Shown piece by piece: positions 1 through 10,744 of a stretch of DNA of 64,000 nt. Made by a program: the position numbers and the translations under genes. Every line of letters begins with the position of its first letter. The first letter of the stretch is position 1. Source of the stretch: a virus; the IMG/VR virus record IMGVR_UViG_3300024518_000034, positions 64,001-128,000 of that record. One strand, 5' to 3'. Below the pieces are notes generated by a model. It had not been told where the DNA came from. It did not search any database and saw only the letters and a list, made by a program, of their open reading frames with translations.

Positions 1-13
1 ATCTTCACTGTAC

Positions 14-538
14 TTGATCTGTGTCATGTTCAAAGAACTTAAGGAAAAATTCTTTGAGAGAGAAGATGACGATGGACAGACGTGGACTAAATTTTGCAAA
101 GATAGAATAGGAATTTCTAGGCATGCTGTTGCTGGTTATTTGAGAATAGGAAGATATGTATTACCAAGGATTTCTATAGATTTAGCAAACAAACTGGGAG
201 TTGCAAAACTTCTTGTACTTTCCAAGTTAGGAAAGGATGCAGATTGGGATAAAATTCTAAATGAATTGCACGAAGAGGTAGAGTTGAAAACTATAAAACA
301 TATAGCGGACAAATATGGTGGTGTCGAGAGAGAAGATAGACCAAGACCACTAAAAAAGACTGTCTCAACTTTAAGAAAAAATATTGAAGTTTTAGATGAA
401 GATTTGAGAGCTTACTTGCCAAATCCTAACGATTTTGAGTCAAAAAAGAAATTCAAGGAAGTAGCAAACCAACTTTATAACCAAATGGATTCGTTGATGA
501 ATATGATGAGAATGTTAATGAAAGGCGCAGACGAGTAA
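14..538 (+). CDS. Hypothetical HTH-like protein, probably 5'-truncated (DUF3102-like)
   Basis: Frame is open back to the window start; WTKFCKDRIGISRHAVAGYLRIG resembles a small phage HTH family; stop overlaps the dnaE start. Confidence 0.55.
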   Translation: MICVMFKELKEKFFEREDDDGQTWTKFCKDRIGISRHAVAGYLRIGRYVLPRISIDLANKLGVAKLLVLSKLGKDADWDKILNELHEEVELKTIKHIADKYGGVEREDRPRPLKKTVSTLRKNIEVLDEDLRAYLPNPNDFESKKKFKEVANQLYNQMDSLMNMMRMLMKGADE

Positions 539-3500
539 TGAAATATACCCCTCTACATGGACATAGTGACTTTTCAATCTTGGACGCTTGCTCAAATGTA
601 AAAAGCATTTGCAAACGAGCAGCAGAGATTGGACTAGAGCATATAGCACTAACGGACCATGGAACTATGGCTGGAATCTTTGAGTTTTACAAAGAAGCAA
701 AGGCTGTAGGAATAAATCCTATTTTGGGAGTAGAGGCGTATATAGTAGAAGATAGATTGCAACTAGGACCAACAGATGAGCAAAAAGAGGGATTGAGCAA
801 GCCTGAGCGCGATGCTTTAAATAAGAAGCATAGGAAGTATAATCACGTAGGTTTGATAGCTCAGAATGGGACAGGGCTTAAAAATTTATTTCATGTCGTG
901 TCAGACGCTGCAAGAAATGGAACTTATTATAGACCAAGAACTGATTGGGATTATCTTGCAGAACATTCGGAAGGTGTGATAGCGCTTTCAGGATGCCTAC
1001 AGGGAAAAGCCAATAGGATGATTTTGGATGGAAATCTCGATGGGGCGTTGGCACACTTGAAGCAACTAAAAGACATCTTTGGTAAGAGAGTGGTGGCTGA
1101 ATTGCAAGTCAACGAAGCACCAGAACAAAAGATATGTAATGAAAAAATATACATGCTATCGAAAAAAGTAGGGATGCCGTTGGTAGTAACTAACGATTAT
1201 CACTACGTTTCTCCAGAGAGTGTAGAAGCGCACCGCATGTGTAAGTTCATTGATTACATAAAGGGCAGAGGAAAGAAGGATTTGGAGTTTTGTGGGTTTG
1301 AAGGCTATAGAACTACAGGACACTACGTAGCTTCTTATGATGAGTTGAAAAGTCTGTGGGTAGCAAATCACGGAAACATGACGACTGGAATTTTCGAAAG
1401 CGCATGCAGAAACACTATGAAAATAGCTGAAAGTTGCAGCGTGGACATAGACAATTCTCATAAGTTGGTAAAGTTTCCATTGCAAGAGGGAATGAGTAAG
1501 GAAGAGTACTTGAAGAAAGTGGTCACTCATGGGTGGAACAAGCGCAAACACAAATTTGTTGAAGGAAAAAAAGAAGAGTATACTAAGAGAATACAGAAAG
1601 AAATTAATCTGATTAAGAAGATGGGGTACTTAGACTACTTCTTCATGGTTCAAGACTTTATTCTATGGGCAAAAGGACAAGGGATTCCTATAGGGCCAGG
1701 CAGAGGTTCAGCGGCAGGCTCATTACTGTCCTGGCTACTTGAAATCACTCAAATTGACCCAATCAGATATGGGCTATCTTTTGAGCGTTTTTTGAACCCA
1801 CACCGCAAAAAAATGCCAGATATAGACGTTGATGTATGCAAGCGTCGTAGAGGTGAAGTTCTTCAGTATATGAAAGATAGATGGGGAGAGGAAAATGTTG
1901 CTGCGGTAGCCACATATCACAGATTTACTTCAAACTCTTTGTTTAGGGAAGTGTCAAGAGCGTTGGGATGTGAGTACAATACGTATAATGATATTGCTAA
2001 GAAAATTGACCACACTGATAATTGGGAAAACAACTTAGAGAAGAACAAAGAGTTAAAAAATTATGTAGATCAAAATGAAGATATAAATCTTTACATGGAT
2101 GAGTTAGATGGAAATATAAAAAACTTCGGAACTCATGCAGCAGCTATCATTATTACAAATGGAAACATTAGTGACTATTTGCCGCTACGAAGAACTACAG
2201 ATACGGCTGGCAATGTAAATATAATCACAGAAATTGAAAAAGATTTACTGGAGGCGTTTGGATATTTAAAGAAGGATATCTTGGGATTGAAAACTCTGAC
2301 GATAATTGCAGATACTGCAAAAGCGGCAGGAATGACATATGGAGATTTAGAGGACATTCCAGTTGACGATCCAGAAGTTTATAAAATGTTTAACGAAGGA
2401 GACACAGTAGGAGTATTTCAATTTCATGGTAGCGGTATGACAGATTTGGCAGTCGATATAGGCGTTGAGAACATGGAAGACTTGTCAGCCTGTAACACTA
2501 TGTATCGTCCAGCCGTTTTGAAAGCTGGAATCGATAAGAGTTTTATTAGAAGGCGAAGAGGAGATGAAGAAGTAACGTTTTTACATCCCAAACTAAAGGA
2601 TGTACTTGAACCAACAGAGGGGCTCATTATATATCAGGAACAGATAATCCACATTATGATGAAATTGGGATTAGATGAAGGCGAGGCTGATTTGATGAGA
2701 AATGACATGGAGAAGGTTTATAAGGGGGCGAAACCACAATCTGTGTTAGACGATTGGATAGAGAAAGCTAAAAATAGAGGGTTTGGTGAATTTGATGAAG
2801 ATGAAGCTGAAGATGTCATCGACCAAGTGATGGCGCAAATTGGTTATCTGTTCAATAAAGCTCACAGTGTGTCTTATAGTTTAATTGGATATATATGTCA
2901 GTGGCTTAAAGTTTACTATCCTTATGAATTTTTAACATCGTGCTTGAACAATGAGGAGAAGTTAGAAAAAATTGAAGAATATTTGGCGTACTTCAATAAC
3001 ACATATGAGGTTGATATTAAAATTGGAGATCTAAATAATTTTAGTGTAGATTTTTGTGTAGAAGATGAAGAAACAATTAAAGTTGGGCTAGAAAACACTA
3101 AAGGTCTTAGTAAGAAAGTGTTAGATATGGTAAACGATAATAGGCCGTATGATTCTATTATGGACTTTTTCTATAGTGACATTGATTGGCGTGTTTTAAA
3201 TAAAAGAAAAGTTCAGATAATGGCCGAGTTGGGACTGTTTGACGGACTGCCTATATATGAAGATGGACCGAAGATTGAACATGCAAATCAAATGAAAGGA
3301 TTTTATAACGGATTAAGAACATATGGTTCTGGTGAAACAAATCACTATGTAACACAAAAGCAAGATAGAGAAGTTTGGGGTAAGGTTTATGGAGATGTTG
3401 AATTGTACGACAGTCCTTCATTCGCTGACTTGGCTCAAAAGGAAGTTGAATATTTTGGTTTTCACATTGTGTACGATCCGCTGAGCTACATTAGAAATAA

Positions 3501-3795
3501 TTTTGATTTCAAGAAGATAGGAATGGTAATGCCAGGTACTTTGGCGGTGGGTGGAGTAGTTAATGGGATTAAGCTTCACATAGACAAGAAGGGAAATGAA
3601 ATGGCATTTGTGTCATTGAAGACTTTAGAGGACTTCAAAGACATTGTTATCTTTGCTAGCCAATGGGGACATTATAGTAAGAAGTTGAAGATTGGCTCTT
3701 GTGGTATATTTTTCTTAGCTATGTCGGATAGAAAGAGTTATATAGTAAGGAGATATGAAAAGGTAGAGTTACCTCACGGATATGATGGAGAATAA
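538..3795 (+). CDS. dnaE: DNA polymerase III alpha subunit (C family)
   Basis: PHP motifs LHGHSDFS, TDHG, GVEAY, TNDYHY; GPGRGSAAGS; FERFLNP; catalytic PDIDVD; FNKAHSVSY; C-terminal OB fold. Confidence 0.97.
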   Translation: MKYTPLHGHSDFSILDACSNVKSICKRAAEIGLEHIALTDHGTMAGIFEFYKEAKAVGINPILGVEAYIVEDRLQLGPTDEQKEGLSKPERDALNKKHRKYNHVGLIAQNGTGLKNLFHVVSDAARNGTYYRPRTDWDYLAEHSEGVIALSGCLQGKANRMILDGNLDGALAHLKQLKDIFGKRVVAELQVNEAPEQKICNEKIYMLSKKVGMPLVVTNDYHYVSPESVEAHRMCKFIDYIKGRGKKDLEFCGFEGYRTTGHYVASYDELKSLWVANHGNMTTGIFESACRNTMKIAESCSVDIDNSHKLVKFPLQEGMSKEEYLKKVVTHGWNKRKHKFVEGKKEEYTKRIQKEINLIKKMGYLDYFFMVQDFILWAKGQGIPIGPGRGSAAGSLLSWLLEITQIDPIRYGLSFERFLNPHRKKMPDIDVDVCKRRRGEVLQYMKDRWGEENVAAVATYHRFTSNSLFREVSRALGCEYNTYNDIAKKIDHTDNWENNLEKNKELKNYVDQNEDINLYMDELDGNIKNFGTHAAAIIITNGNISDYLPLRRTTDTAGNVNIITEIEKDLLEAFGYLKKDILGLKTLTIIADTAKAAGMTYGDLEDIPVDDPEVYKMFNEGDTVGVFQFHGSGMTDLAVDIGVENMEDLSACNTMYRPAVLKAGIDKSFIRRRRGDEEVTFLHPKLKDVLEPTEGLIIYQEQIIHIMMKLGLDEGEADLMRNDMEKVYKGAKPQSVLDDWIEKAKNRGFGEFDEDEAEDVIDQVMAQIGYLFNKAHSVSYSLIGYICQWLKVYYPYEFLTSCLNNEEKLEKIEEYLAYFNNTYEVDIKIGDLNNFSVDFCVEDEETIKVGLENTKGLSKKVLDMVNDNRPYDSIMDFFYSDIDWRVLNKRKVQIMAELGLFDGLPIYEDGPKIEHANQMKGFYNGLRTYGSGETNHYVTQKQDREVWGKVYGDVELYDSPSFADLAQKEVEYFGFHIVYDPLSYIRNNFDFKKIGMVMPGTLAVGGVVNGIKLHIDKKGNEMAFVSLKTLEDFKDIVIFASQWGHYSKKLKIGSCGIFFLAMSDRKSYIVRRYEKVELPHGYDGE

Positions 3796-4369
3796 AATGA
3801 GTAGAATTTTAACTATTGCAGGGGACCAGGACGTAGATATTGAAGAGATCACCAAAGATTTAGTATTACCCAAAAATGAATCCCTAAAAGAAATTATAAC
3901 AATGTGTTTGGTTATCTCTCATAAATATAGGAGAGGCGTTCCGACAATAGCAGGTGATACGGATAGGAAGTGTTTAACCGACGATTTAGCTAGGCTTGCT
4001 TATTTGCGAGACAGGTTTGCAGCGGTGTCTGCTCACTTTGAGGGAATTTTACACAAAGCAGAGGGCAGGTTTAAGAATCAGTTGGAAGGAGAGTTTTACT
4101 TAGACGCTAGGAAAGAGTTGGAAACAGAATATGAAGAGAAGTATGAAAGATATAAAAGGGGCGATATAGATAAGCCAAGACAACCAACAGATACTTATGT
4201 AAAAGCCTTGGCTGAAATGAAATCGAAAGATAATAGAAAGAGGTTAGCCGAGGCTCAAGGGAATGTTAAATATATTAGAGCGTTCTGGTCTTCGGCTATG
4301 GAAAGTGCTAACACATTGAAAGCTGTGTTGAAATACACAGAAAATCAAGGGTACGGGCCAAGTGAATAA
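3782..4369 (+). CDS. Helical hypothetical protein, possibly a UvsY-like recombination mediator
   Basis: 195 aa helical ORF between the polymerase and SSB/RecA; function inferred from context only. Confidence 0.45.
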   Translation: MMENKMSRILTIAGDQDVDIEEITKDLVLPKNESLKEIITMCLVISHKYRRGVPTIAGDTDRKCLTDDLARLAYLRDRFAAVSAHFEGILHKAEGRFKNQLEGEFYLDARKELETEYEEKYERYKRGDIDKPRQPTDTYVKALAEMKSKDNRKRLAEAQGNVKYIRAFWSSAMESANTLKAVLKYTENQGYGPSE

Positions 4370-4395
4370 AAGTTAACATTTTTGGGCTTTTTAGC

Positions 4396-4423
4396 TTGAC
4401 TTTTTGGCCAAAAATGGTAGTAT
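4396..4423 (+). promoter_or_regulatory. Sigma70-type promoter with a palindromic spacer
   Basis: TTGACT(4396)-16 nt-TAGTAT(4418) with extended -10 TG; perfect palindrome TTTTTGGCCAAAAA at 4401-4414. Confidence 0.65.
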
Positions 4424-4471
4424 GTATACTAAGAGTAAAACGAAGAATTTGGTAGGTAGAGGGGGTATAAA

Positions 4472-4702
4472 ATGGACATTGTCAAGATAACCAAAGAATA
4501 TGAAGAAGAAATTGTCACTCAGGATTTCACTGCTGTAAGAATTAGAAATATCGTAACCGGAACTCTATCTGAACAAGAACAGGAGGGTGGAGCTAAGGAG
4601 TTGCAGAAACATTCTGATAAGCTATTCGTAATAGCTAAGAAGTTGACAGAAAGAGACATTAAGAGGTTTTATAAAGACAATAATATAGAAGAGGAGATTT
4701 AG
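4472..4702 (+). CDS. Hypothetical protein
   Basis: 76 aa ORF with strong SD (AGGGGG). Confidence 0.7.
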   Translation: MDIVKITKEYEEEIVTQDFTAVRIRNIVTGTLSEQEQEGGAKELQKHSDKLFVIAKKLTERDIKRFYKDNNIEEEI

Positions 4703-4706
4703 TAGT

Positions 4707-5309
4707 ATGGCAAGAATTATAACAGTAGGTGGTCAAGGTGGAAGCTACGAGGCAGTTCCAGAAGATTATTACATGGCAGAAGTTGGCAAGATTGAATTTG
4801 TAGCTGATCAGAAGAATCACTTTACGGGAGAGCTTGAAGACAGATGGAAGCTTTTCTTCAAAGTAACTGAAGGCGAACATGCTGGTAAGACGTTCACAGG
4901 TTTGGCAAAGAATAGTACTCACCCAAAGAGTAAGTTAAGAGATTGGCTCAAAGCATTCTTTGGTCCACTGAAAGAGGGAGATCCAATTGATATTGATGAC
5001 ATTGTAGGTCGTCCATGTATGATTTATATTTCTCATGGAAGTTCTTTGAGAGACGATGGACAGCCGTGGTGTAACGTAAGTAAGGTTCAGAAAAAGCCAA
5101 ATAGTGGTGTTGAACTTATGAGTCCGTTGTCAGAATCAGAAGTTAGTGATCGTGATGGTGATGAAGCAGATGAGACAGAAGAAGCTTCAGAACCAGTGGT
5201 AAAAAAAACTAAAAAAACAATGGTAGGTAAGAAGAAGACTACAAAGAAAAAGCCGAAAGTTACTGTCCCAGAAGGAGAAGAGGAAGAGGAACTTGACGTA
5301 GAATGGTAA
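4707..5309 (+). CDS. Putative single-stranded DNA-binding protein (DUF669-like OB fold)
   Basis: Beta-rich N-terminal domain, linker and acidic tail ending in an aromatic residue (EEEEELDVEW); adjacent to recA. Confidence 0.7.
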   Translation: MARIITVGGQGGSYEAVPEDYYMAEVGKIEFVADQKNHFTGELEDRWKLFFKVTEGEHAGKTFTGLAKNSTHPKSKLRDWLKAFFGPLKEGDPIDIDDIVGRPCMIYISHGSSLRDDGQPWCNVSKVQKKPNSGVELMSPLSESEVSDRDGDEADETEEASEPVVKKTKKTMVGKKKTTKKKPKVTVPEGEEEEELDVEW

Positions 5310-6346
5310 AGGGAACTTTGAAAAGAAAAAAGAAAACATCAGAAGATGAATTGCCAGGAGATGACTATGAAGCTTTTATGGCTTGTCTGAAACCGCAAGT
5401 AAAATCTGGCTTAATTATGAGCTTAGGAGGGGAAAATTCTAAGCTAAAGGTAGATGCAATTTCTACGGGGATTGGCTCTCTAGACAAAGCATTGGGGGTC
5501 GGAGGGTTGCCGAGGGGAAGAATTGTAGAATTGTTTGGCCCAGAGAGTGGGGGAAAAACTACCTTAGCGCTGCAATGCATTGCCGCCTGCCAAAAGGCAG
5601 GCGGTATTGTAGTGTTTCTTGATGCTGAACATTCATTAGACCCAGTATGGGCAGGAGTGCTTGGTGTAGATACTGAAAAGCTAGCAATAGCACAACCGGA
5701 CTATGCCGAGCAGGCTTATGAGTTAGTTAATACCTTACTTGATAGTCCTAGGCCTCCCGATATGATAGTGCTAGACTCTATTGCAGCTATGCCTACAAAG
5801 AAAGAAATTGAAGGTGACGTAGAGGATCTACAAAAGCAGATAGGTTTGCAAGCTAGAGTGAACACGGGAAACTTGCGTAAACTTATGCCAAAACTATCTA
5901 GGGCTGGCACTGTATTTGTTATTATAAATCAGGTGAGAGAAAAGTTTGGTGGTGGATGGTCAGGTTATGGTCCAAACGAAACTACGCCAGGTGGAAGAGC
6001 GATGAGGCATGCTTACTCTGTTAGAATGTCAGTTAGAAAAGGTGAGATGATAAAAGAAGGACCAGAGTTTATCGGTAATAGAGTAAAGGTTAGAATTGCA
6101 AAAAATAAAGTAGCTGCACCATTTGGGAAAACTGAATTTCCTATATATTATGCAGAAGGAATAGATATAGTTTCCGATGTATTTATGAACGCAGTTGAAA
6201 AGGGAGTGGTTCTAAAAAAAGGTGCCTGGTATTTTTATGGCGAAGAGAAGTATCAAGGAAGGAAGGGACTGATTGAGGCATTAAAGAGTGATCAAGAGTT
6301 GTATCAGTCTTTGGCGGATGAACTCGATGCAGTAGAAGAAGAATAG
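5303..6346 (+). CDS. recA: RecA recombinase
   Basis: GRIVELFGPESGGKTT, FLDAEHSLD, DSIAAM, IINQVREK, TTPGGRA, KNKVAAPF. Confidence 0.97.
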   Translation: MVKGTLKRKKKTSEDELPGDDYEAFMACLKPQVKSGLIMSLGGENSKLKVDAISTGIGSLDKALGVGGLPRGRIVELFGPESGGKTTLALQCIAACQKAGGIVVFLDAEHSLDPVWAGVLGVDTEKLAIAQPDYAEQAYELVNTLLDSPRPPDMIVLDSIAAMPTKKEIEGDVEDLQKQIGLQARVNTGNLRKLMPKLSRAGTVFVIINQVREKFGGGWSGYGPNETTPGGRAMRHAYSVRMSVRKGEMIKEGPEFIGNRVKVRIAKNKVAAPFGKTEFPIYYAEGIDIVSDVFMNAVEKGVVLKKGAWYFYGEEKYQGRKGLIEALKSDQELYQSLADELDAVEEE

Positions 6347-6874
6347 ATGAGGGAGGCGGTAACAAGAATTGTAGAAGAAAATAGAGATCGAATTGAGGAA
6401 AGATTTTGGTCTAAAGTGAAAATTCCACATGAAGGATTTGGATGCTGGATATGGAAAGGTAGCACTAAAGGCGTGGCGAGAGGGTATGGACATTTCTATT
6501 TTGGAAAATTAAATAATAGAAAATACTATATGATCGCCCATCGTGCAGCGTGGTGGCTAGTTTATGGAGAAATCATAGATTTGCCAGATTCTGATTTCAG
6601 AGGAACGTGCGTTTGTCATAAGTGTGATAATAGGCTGTGTGTAAATCCGACACATCTATTTATTGGGACGCATAAGGATAATGTAAAAGATATGATTGAG
6701 AAAAATAGAAATTACATTGTGTCTGAGTGGACTAGAAAACTAGATTTATCTCATGTGGAAATTATGAGAAAAATGAAAAAAGTTGCAAATATAAGTAATG
6801 AAAAAATTGCAGAAATTTTTGAAACTACAGTTCCAAATGTAAGTCTTATATTAAATAATAAGAGGTGGAAATGA
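6347..6874 (+). CDS. Free-standing HNH endonuclease
   Basis: [36 protein letters not shown]; C-terminal HTH. Confidence 0.92.
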   Translation: MREAVTRIVEENRDRIEERFWSKVKIPHEGFGCWIWKGSTKGVARGYGHFYFGKLNNRKYYMIAHRAAWWLVYGEIIDLPDSDFRGTCVCHKCDNRLCVNPTHLFIGTHKDNVKDMIEKNRNYIVSEWTRKLDLSHVEIMRKMKKVANISNEKIAEIFETTVPNVSLILNNKRWK

Positions 6875-7989
6875 AAATCGCTTTTAGTGCCGATTGGCAT
6901 ATTGGTATATCTACACATTCAAAGAATAAGGTAGGTATTCCATCTCGCACGCAGGATTCAATAGATTCTGTAAATAAGATAATTAACAAAGCTAAAGACT
7001 TAAACTGTGATACTTTTATAGTAGGCGGGGATTTGTTTCACCATTCAAATCCCCGACCTGCATTTATACTTGAAGCAGTTAGGCTATTGCAATATGCAAA
7101 TAGAATGTTTGATGATCTTATAGTTATAAGCGGCAATCATGATCCAATGCCGCTAAGCGGCGGTGTTGGAGCAATAGGCTTATTGGCTAACATGAATGAA
7201 ATGCCTCACAATAGAATGTATGAAGAAGATGCAGATCTGTTGGTGACTAAGCGCGAAGAAAAAGTTCATTTAAGTATTCGACCATATCAAAAGAAAACAC
7301 AGGTAATGGAAAAACCTAGTTCCCTTGGCGGTGAGGCACCAACCATAATGATAGCCCACCATCATTTTCAGGGAGCAGTGGTAGGGTCTGAAACAAGAAT
7401 GCTGGCAGGAGGCGTTTCTGTAATTGAAGAATTAGATGGCGTAAGCTTAATTTTAAGTGGACATATTCATAAACCTCAACATCTTAAAACTCCAAAAGGA
7501 GTACCGGTTCTTTACCCTGGTTCACCGGCTAGATTTTATTTTAGTGACAGAGATGACGAAAAGGGATTTTGGACCATTGAAGTTGACTCACAAGGAGTTA
7601 AGGGTTTTGAGTTTATAGAGATAGAGAATAGGCCAATGGTGCAAATAGAAAAAGACATTAAGTGGCTAGCGAAACCTAAAAAGTACTGTGTGGAGGATTT
7701 AATAGTCGAGGGAGTGAGGGGCGCTGATGTGAAAACTATTATAAGTTGCGATGATGTTTTAGAAATAGATACCGTTAAAATGGTTGACCTGTTGAAGAAG
7801 GCTGGCGCTTATTACATAGTTCCACCTAAAATAGAATTGAGACATAAAAATAGGACAAGAGAAGAGGAAATCAACCGTGACCAAAATAAGGACAAATGTG
7901 TTGATTTATGGCTAAAAAACAACGATTTAGGACAGTTTGAAAAAGAAGAGATAAAGCAGAGTGCAGACGAGATCATGCAAGACGATTAA
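6871..7989 (+). CDS. sbcD: SbcD/Mre11-family nuclease
   Basis: Metallophosphoesterase motifs ADWHIG, GGDLFH, SGNHD, GHIH. Confidence 0.92.
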   Translation: MKIAFSADWHIGISTHSKNKVGIPSRTQDSIDSVNKIINKAKDLNCDTFIVGGDLFHHSNPRPAFILEAVRLLQYANRMFDDLIVISGNHDPMPLSGGVGAIGLLANMNEMPHNRMYEEDADLLVTKREEKVHLSIRPYQKKTQVMEKPSSLGGEAPTIMIAHHHFQGAVVGSETRMLAGGVSVIEELDGVSLILSGHIHKPQHLKTPKGVPVLYPGSPARFYFSDRDDEKGFWTIEVDSQGVKGFEFIEIENRPMVQIEKDIKWLAKPKKYCVEDLIVEGVRGADVKTIISCDDVLEIDTVKMVDLLKKAGAYYIVPPKIELRHKNRTREEEINRDQNKDKCVDLWLKNNDLGQFEKEEIKQSADEIMQDD

Positions 7990-8450
7990 TGAATATATTG
8001 ACATTAGATTTAGCAACAACAACTGGATGGGCACAAAAGAAGAAAAAGAAGATCGAGAGTGGGATAGTAAATTTCTCTCCTAAAAGAGGAGATAGTCCTG
8101 GGGTAAGATTTTTGAAGTTTAGAGCCTGGCTCACTAAAGTAGTTAAAGAATTGGAACCAGAAGTTATAGTTTATGAGCGCCCCCATCATCGAGGAGGGGC
8201 AGCAACCGAAGTCTTAGTAGGATTGTCCACTAGAGTGCAGGAGATAGCCGCAGAGTATAAAATAGAATGCCAGGCGGTTCACAGCACTACGCTTAAAAAA
8301 TTTTTAACAGGGGGCGGCAGAGCGTCTAAGGAAGATATGATCAGAGAAGCCAAAATTAGGTTCCCGAAACAAGATATTGTTGACGACAATCAAGCCGACG
8401 CGCTAGCTCTTTTAGCATATGCAATAGAAACTTACGAATATGAAGATTAA
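7989..8450 (+). CDS. RuvC-like Holliday junction resolvase
   Basis: LDLATTTGWA, VYERP, TLKKFLTGGGRASKEDM, DNQADALA. Confidence 0.88.
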   Translation: MNILTLDLATTTGWAQKKKKKIESGIVNFSPKRGDSPGVRFLKFRAWLTKVVKELEPEVIVYERPHHRGGAATEVLVGLSTRVQEIAAEYKIECQAVHSTTLKKFLTGGGRASKEDMIREAKIRFPKQDIVDDNQADALALLAYAIETYEYED

Positions 8451-10509
8451 CAGAATAAGAGCTTTAAACTATCTGTCCTTTGGACATGTAGACATAAATT
8501 TGTCTAAAGCTAGACTTACTTCTATTTTGGGAGATTGCGGAGAGGTAGGAAGATCAAATGGTGCTGGAAAAAGCACCATATTTGGTGCCATATGTTATGG
8601 ATTGTTTGGAAAGTACATTGTTGCCTCTGATGATTTGTTGATTAGAGATGATCAGTCTAGGATGGAAGTAGAAATAGAATTTGAAATAGATAATCATCAA
8701 ATAAAGATAATTAGAGGTAGAGATAAGTCAAGCAAGCATGCAAAACTTATTGTAGATAATAAACTGACAGCCGAAGGAATAAGAAATGTAAATTATGAAG
8801 TAGTTAAATTGATTAAGATGAACTTTGATGTATTTCTAGCTACTACTTTTTTTATCCAAGGAGGATTGGACAACTTCACTAGTGCTGCACCATCGTCAAG
8901 AAAAGACTATCTTGGATCAATCTTGGACACCACTTGTTGGGATAAATGGTACAATGAGGCCAAAAACAAGTTAACGGATTTAAGTCAAGAAGTTGAAAAA
9001 TTAGACAGCGAAGTTGGAATTATAAAAGACAATTTTGACCTTAAAAAGAACTATACTAAAGAGATAGGTGAATTGAAGAAGAAACATACTGGTGAAAACT
9101 TGGTTCTGAAGAGGTTGGAGAAAAAGAAGAAAGCTGCTACAGATAGAATTGCTGAATTAGAAAAGCTTAAAGTAGAACATCAAGCGCTTTTAAAGAACAA
9201 AAATGGAACTAGCGTAGATGTGATGTTAGTAAAAGCTAAACAGGAGTTAAGTAAGGCGAAAAAAGAATTTGAAGGAAATCAAATCCAAGAAAAAAGAATA
9301 AAAGAGGAGTTAAAGAAATATAAACCTAGAAGTGTCATACTTAAAGAAGAAAAAGAGATAGGTGAAAAAATAGCTCAATTTGATGAAAAAATACGTAGTA
9401 GTAAGGAAATTTTGGCCTTATTGAACAAAGCAGGAACAGGGAAAGACGTTGATTGTCCTGTGTGTGAAACAAAAATAGAAGGAGTTGCCGCAACCATAGG
9501 TCATAGAAAACTTGAATTGATTTCCTTGGAAAAAGAGCTTGGTGAGACGCAGGAGACAAGGAGAAGTTACAAAAGTGATTTAGCAGAGGTTAATGTGCTA
9601 ACAAATGAGGAAATAAGATTAGAAACAAGTGGAATGCATTTAAAAGAAGATGTGCATATTGCTAATCGTAGAGTGAGTGATGCTAAAGAGCTTCTTGTAG
9701 AAGAGAAAAAACGTTTCAAAGAAGTAAACAAGAGGATAGCTGAAACGGTAGTCGATGAAGATGAAATCTATAACTTGATGAATCAACGAGAAGATTTAAA
9801 AAAACTAGTTGACAGCAAGAGAGGGAAAGTGGTAGACTTAGAAGTTAAAATAATTTCTTTGGAAGGAAATAAGGACAAAGTAGAAGAAAATAAAGAGAAG
9901 GTAAAGAAATTAACAGAGCGAAAAAAGGAAGCTAAAAAGGAAGGCAGAAAGATTACTCTAGTAAAGAGAATGTTTTCTAAAAAGAGTGGGATACCAGCCT
10001 ATATCATTGAGAATGCAATTGCAGACATAGAAGATAGGGCTAATGATATATTGAAATCTTTTGGTAGTGGATTGATAGTTGCATTAGAAAGTCAAAAGAT
10101 TACAAAGACGAAGAAAAAAGAAGTGGACACGTTAGAAATCTTTGTTATAACTTCAACCGGTAGGAAAAGAATCTACCAACTGCTTTCTGGCGGTGAGAAA
10201 GCACAAGTTAATATAGCAATGAGATTGGCACTGTCTATGCTTTTGTCGAACAGGTATGGAGTTAACATTGATACCTTGTTTATAGATGAATCTATGGGAG
10301 CCTTTGACGAAATGAATAGGTCGGTAATGTTAGGCATTTTTAAGCTATTATCTAACAGATTTAGGCAAGTTTTTGTCATTAGTCACCACGAAGATTTGAG
10401 AGATATGATGCCAGATACAATATTAGTTTCTAAAAAAGATGGCGTGAGTAGCGCCAAGGTTGTATTAGGCAATAGAGGTAAGCTAGTGTTGGCTAGCAAA
10501 GGAGAATAG
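8440..10509 (+). CDS. sbcC: SbcC/Rad50 SMC-like ATPase
   Basis: Walker A NGAGKST, coiled coil with CPVC zinc hook, LSGGEK signature, LFIDE Walker B, ISHH. Confidence 0.93.
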   Translation: MKINRIRALNYLSFGHVDINLSKARLTSILGDCGEVGRSNGAGKSTIFGAICYGLFGKYIVASDDLLIRDDQSRMEVEIEFEIDNHQIKIIRGRDKSSKHAKLIVDNKLTAEGIRNVNYEVVKLIKMNFDVFLATTFFIQGGLDNFTSAAPSSRKDYLGSILDTTCWDKWYNEAKNKLTDLSQEVEKLDSEVGIIKDNFDLKKNYTKEIGELKKKHTGENLVLKRLEKKKKAATDRIAELEKLKVEHQALLKNKNGTSVDVMLVKAKQELSKAKKEFEGNQIQEKRIKEELKKYKPRSVILKEEKEIGEKIAQFDEKIRSSKEILALLNKAGTGKDVDCPVCETKIEGVAATIGHRKLELISLEKELGETQETRRSYKSDLAEVNVLTNEEIRLETSGMHLKEDVHIANRRVSDAKELLVEEKKRFKEVNKRIAETVVDEDEIYNLMNQREDLKKLVDSKRGKVVDLEVKIISLEGNKDKVEENKEKVKKLTERKKEAKKEGRKITLVKRMFSKKSGIPAYIIENAIADIEDRANDILKSFGSGLIVALESQKITKTKKKEVDTLEIFVITSTGRKRIYQLLSGGEKAQVNIAMRLALSMLLSNRYGVNIDTLFIDESMGAFDEMNRSVMLGIFKLLSNRFRQVFVISHHEDLRDMMPDTILVSKKDGVSSAKVVLGNRGKLVLASKGE

Positions 10510-10510
10510 T

Positions 10511-10741
10511 ATGAGTGAAGAGAGAGTTAGTAATCGTGAGTTAAAGGATCAAGAAGAGAGAGAAAAACTTAAAGTTACTGGATTGGGTGATCTGGTTGCA
10601 GAGATGATTGCTATAGGCGATCCGAAAGATGTATACACAAAACGTAGTCCAGGTAAGGTGAAGAAAGCTCAATTTATACAAGATGAATTGAACAGAAGAG
10701 GAAAATTAAGAAAAACAAAAAAGTCAGCAGCGGCTGAGTAA
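10511..10741 (+). CDS. Hypothetical protein
   Basis: Tightly packed 76 aa ORF. Confidence 0.6.
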   Translation: MSEERVSNRELKDQEEREKLKVTGLGDLVAEMIAIGDPKDVYTKRSPGKVKKAQFIQDELNRRGKLRKTKKSAAAE

Positions 10742-10744
10742 AAC

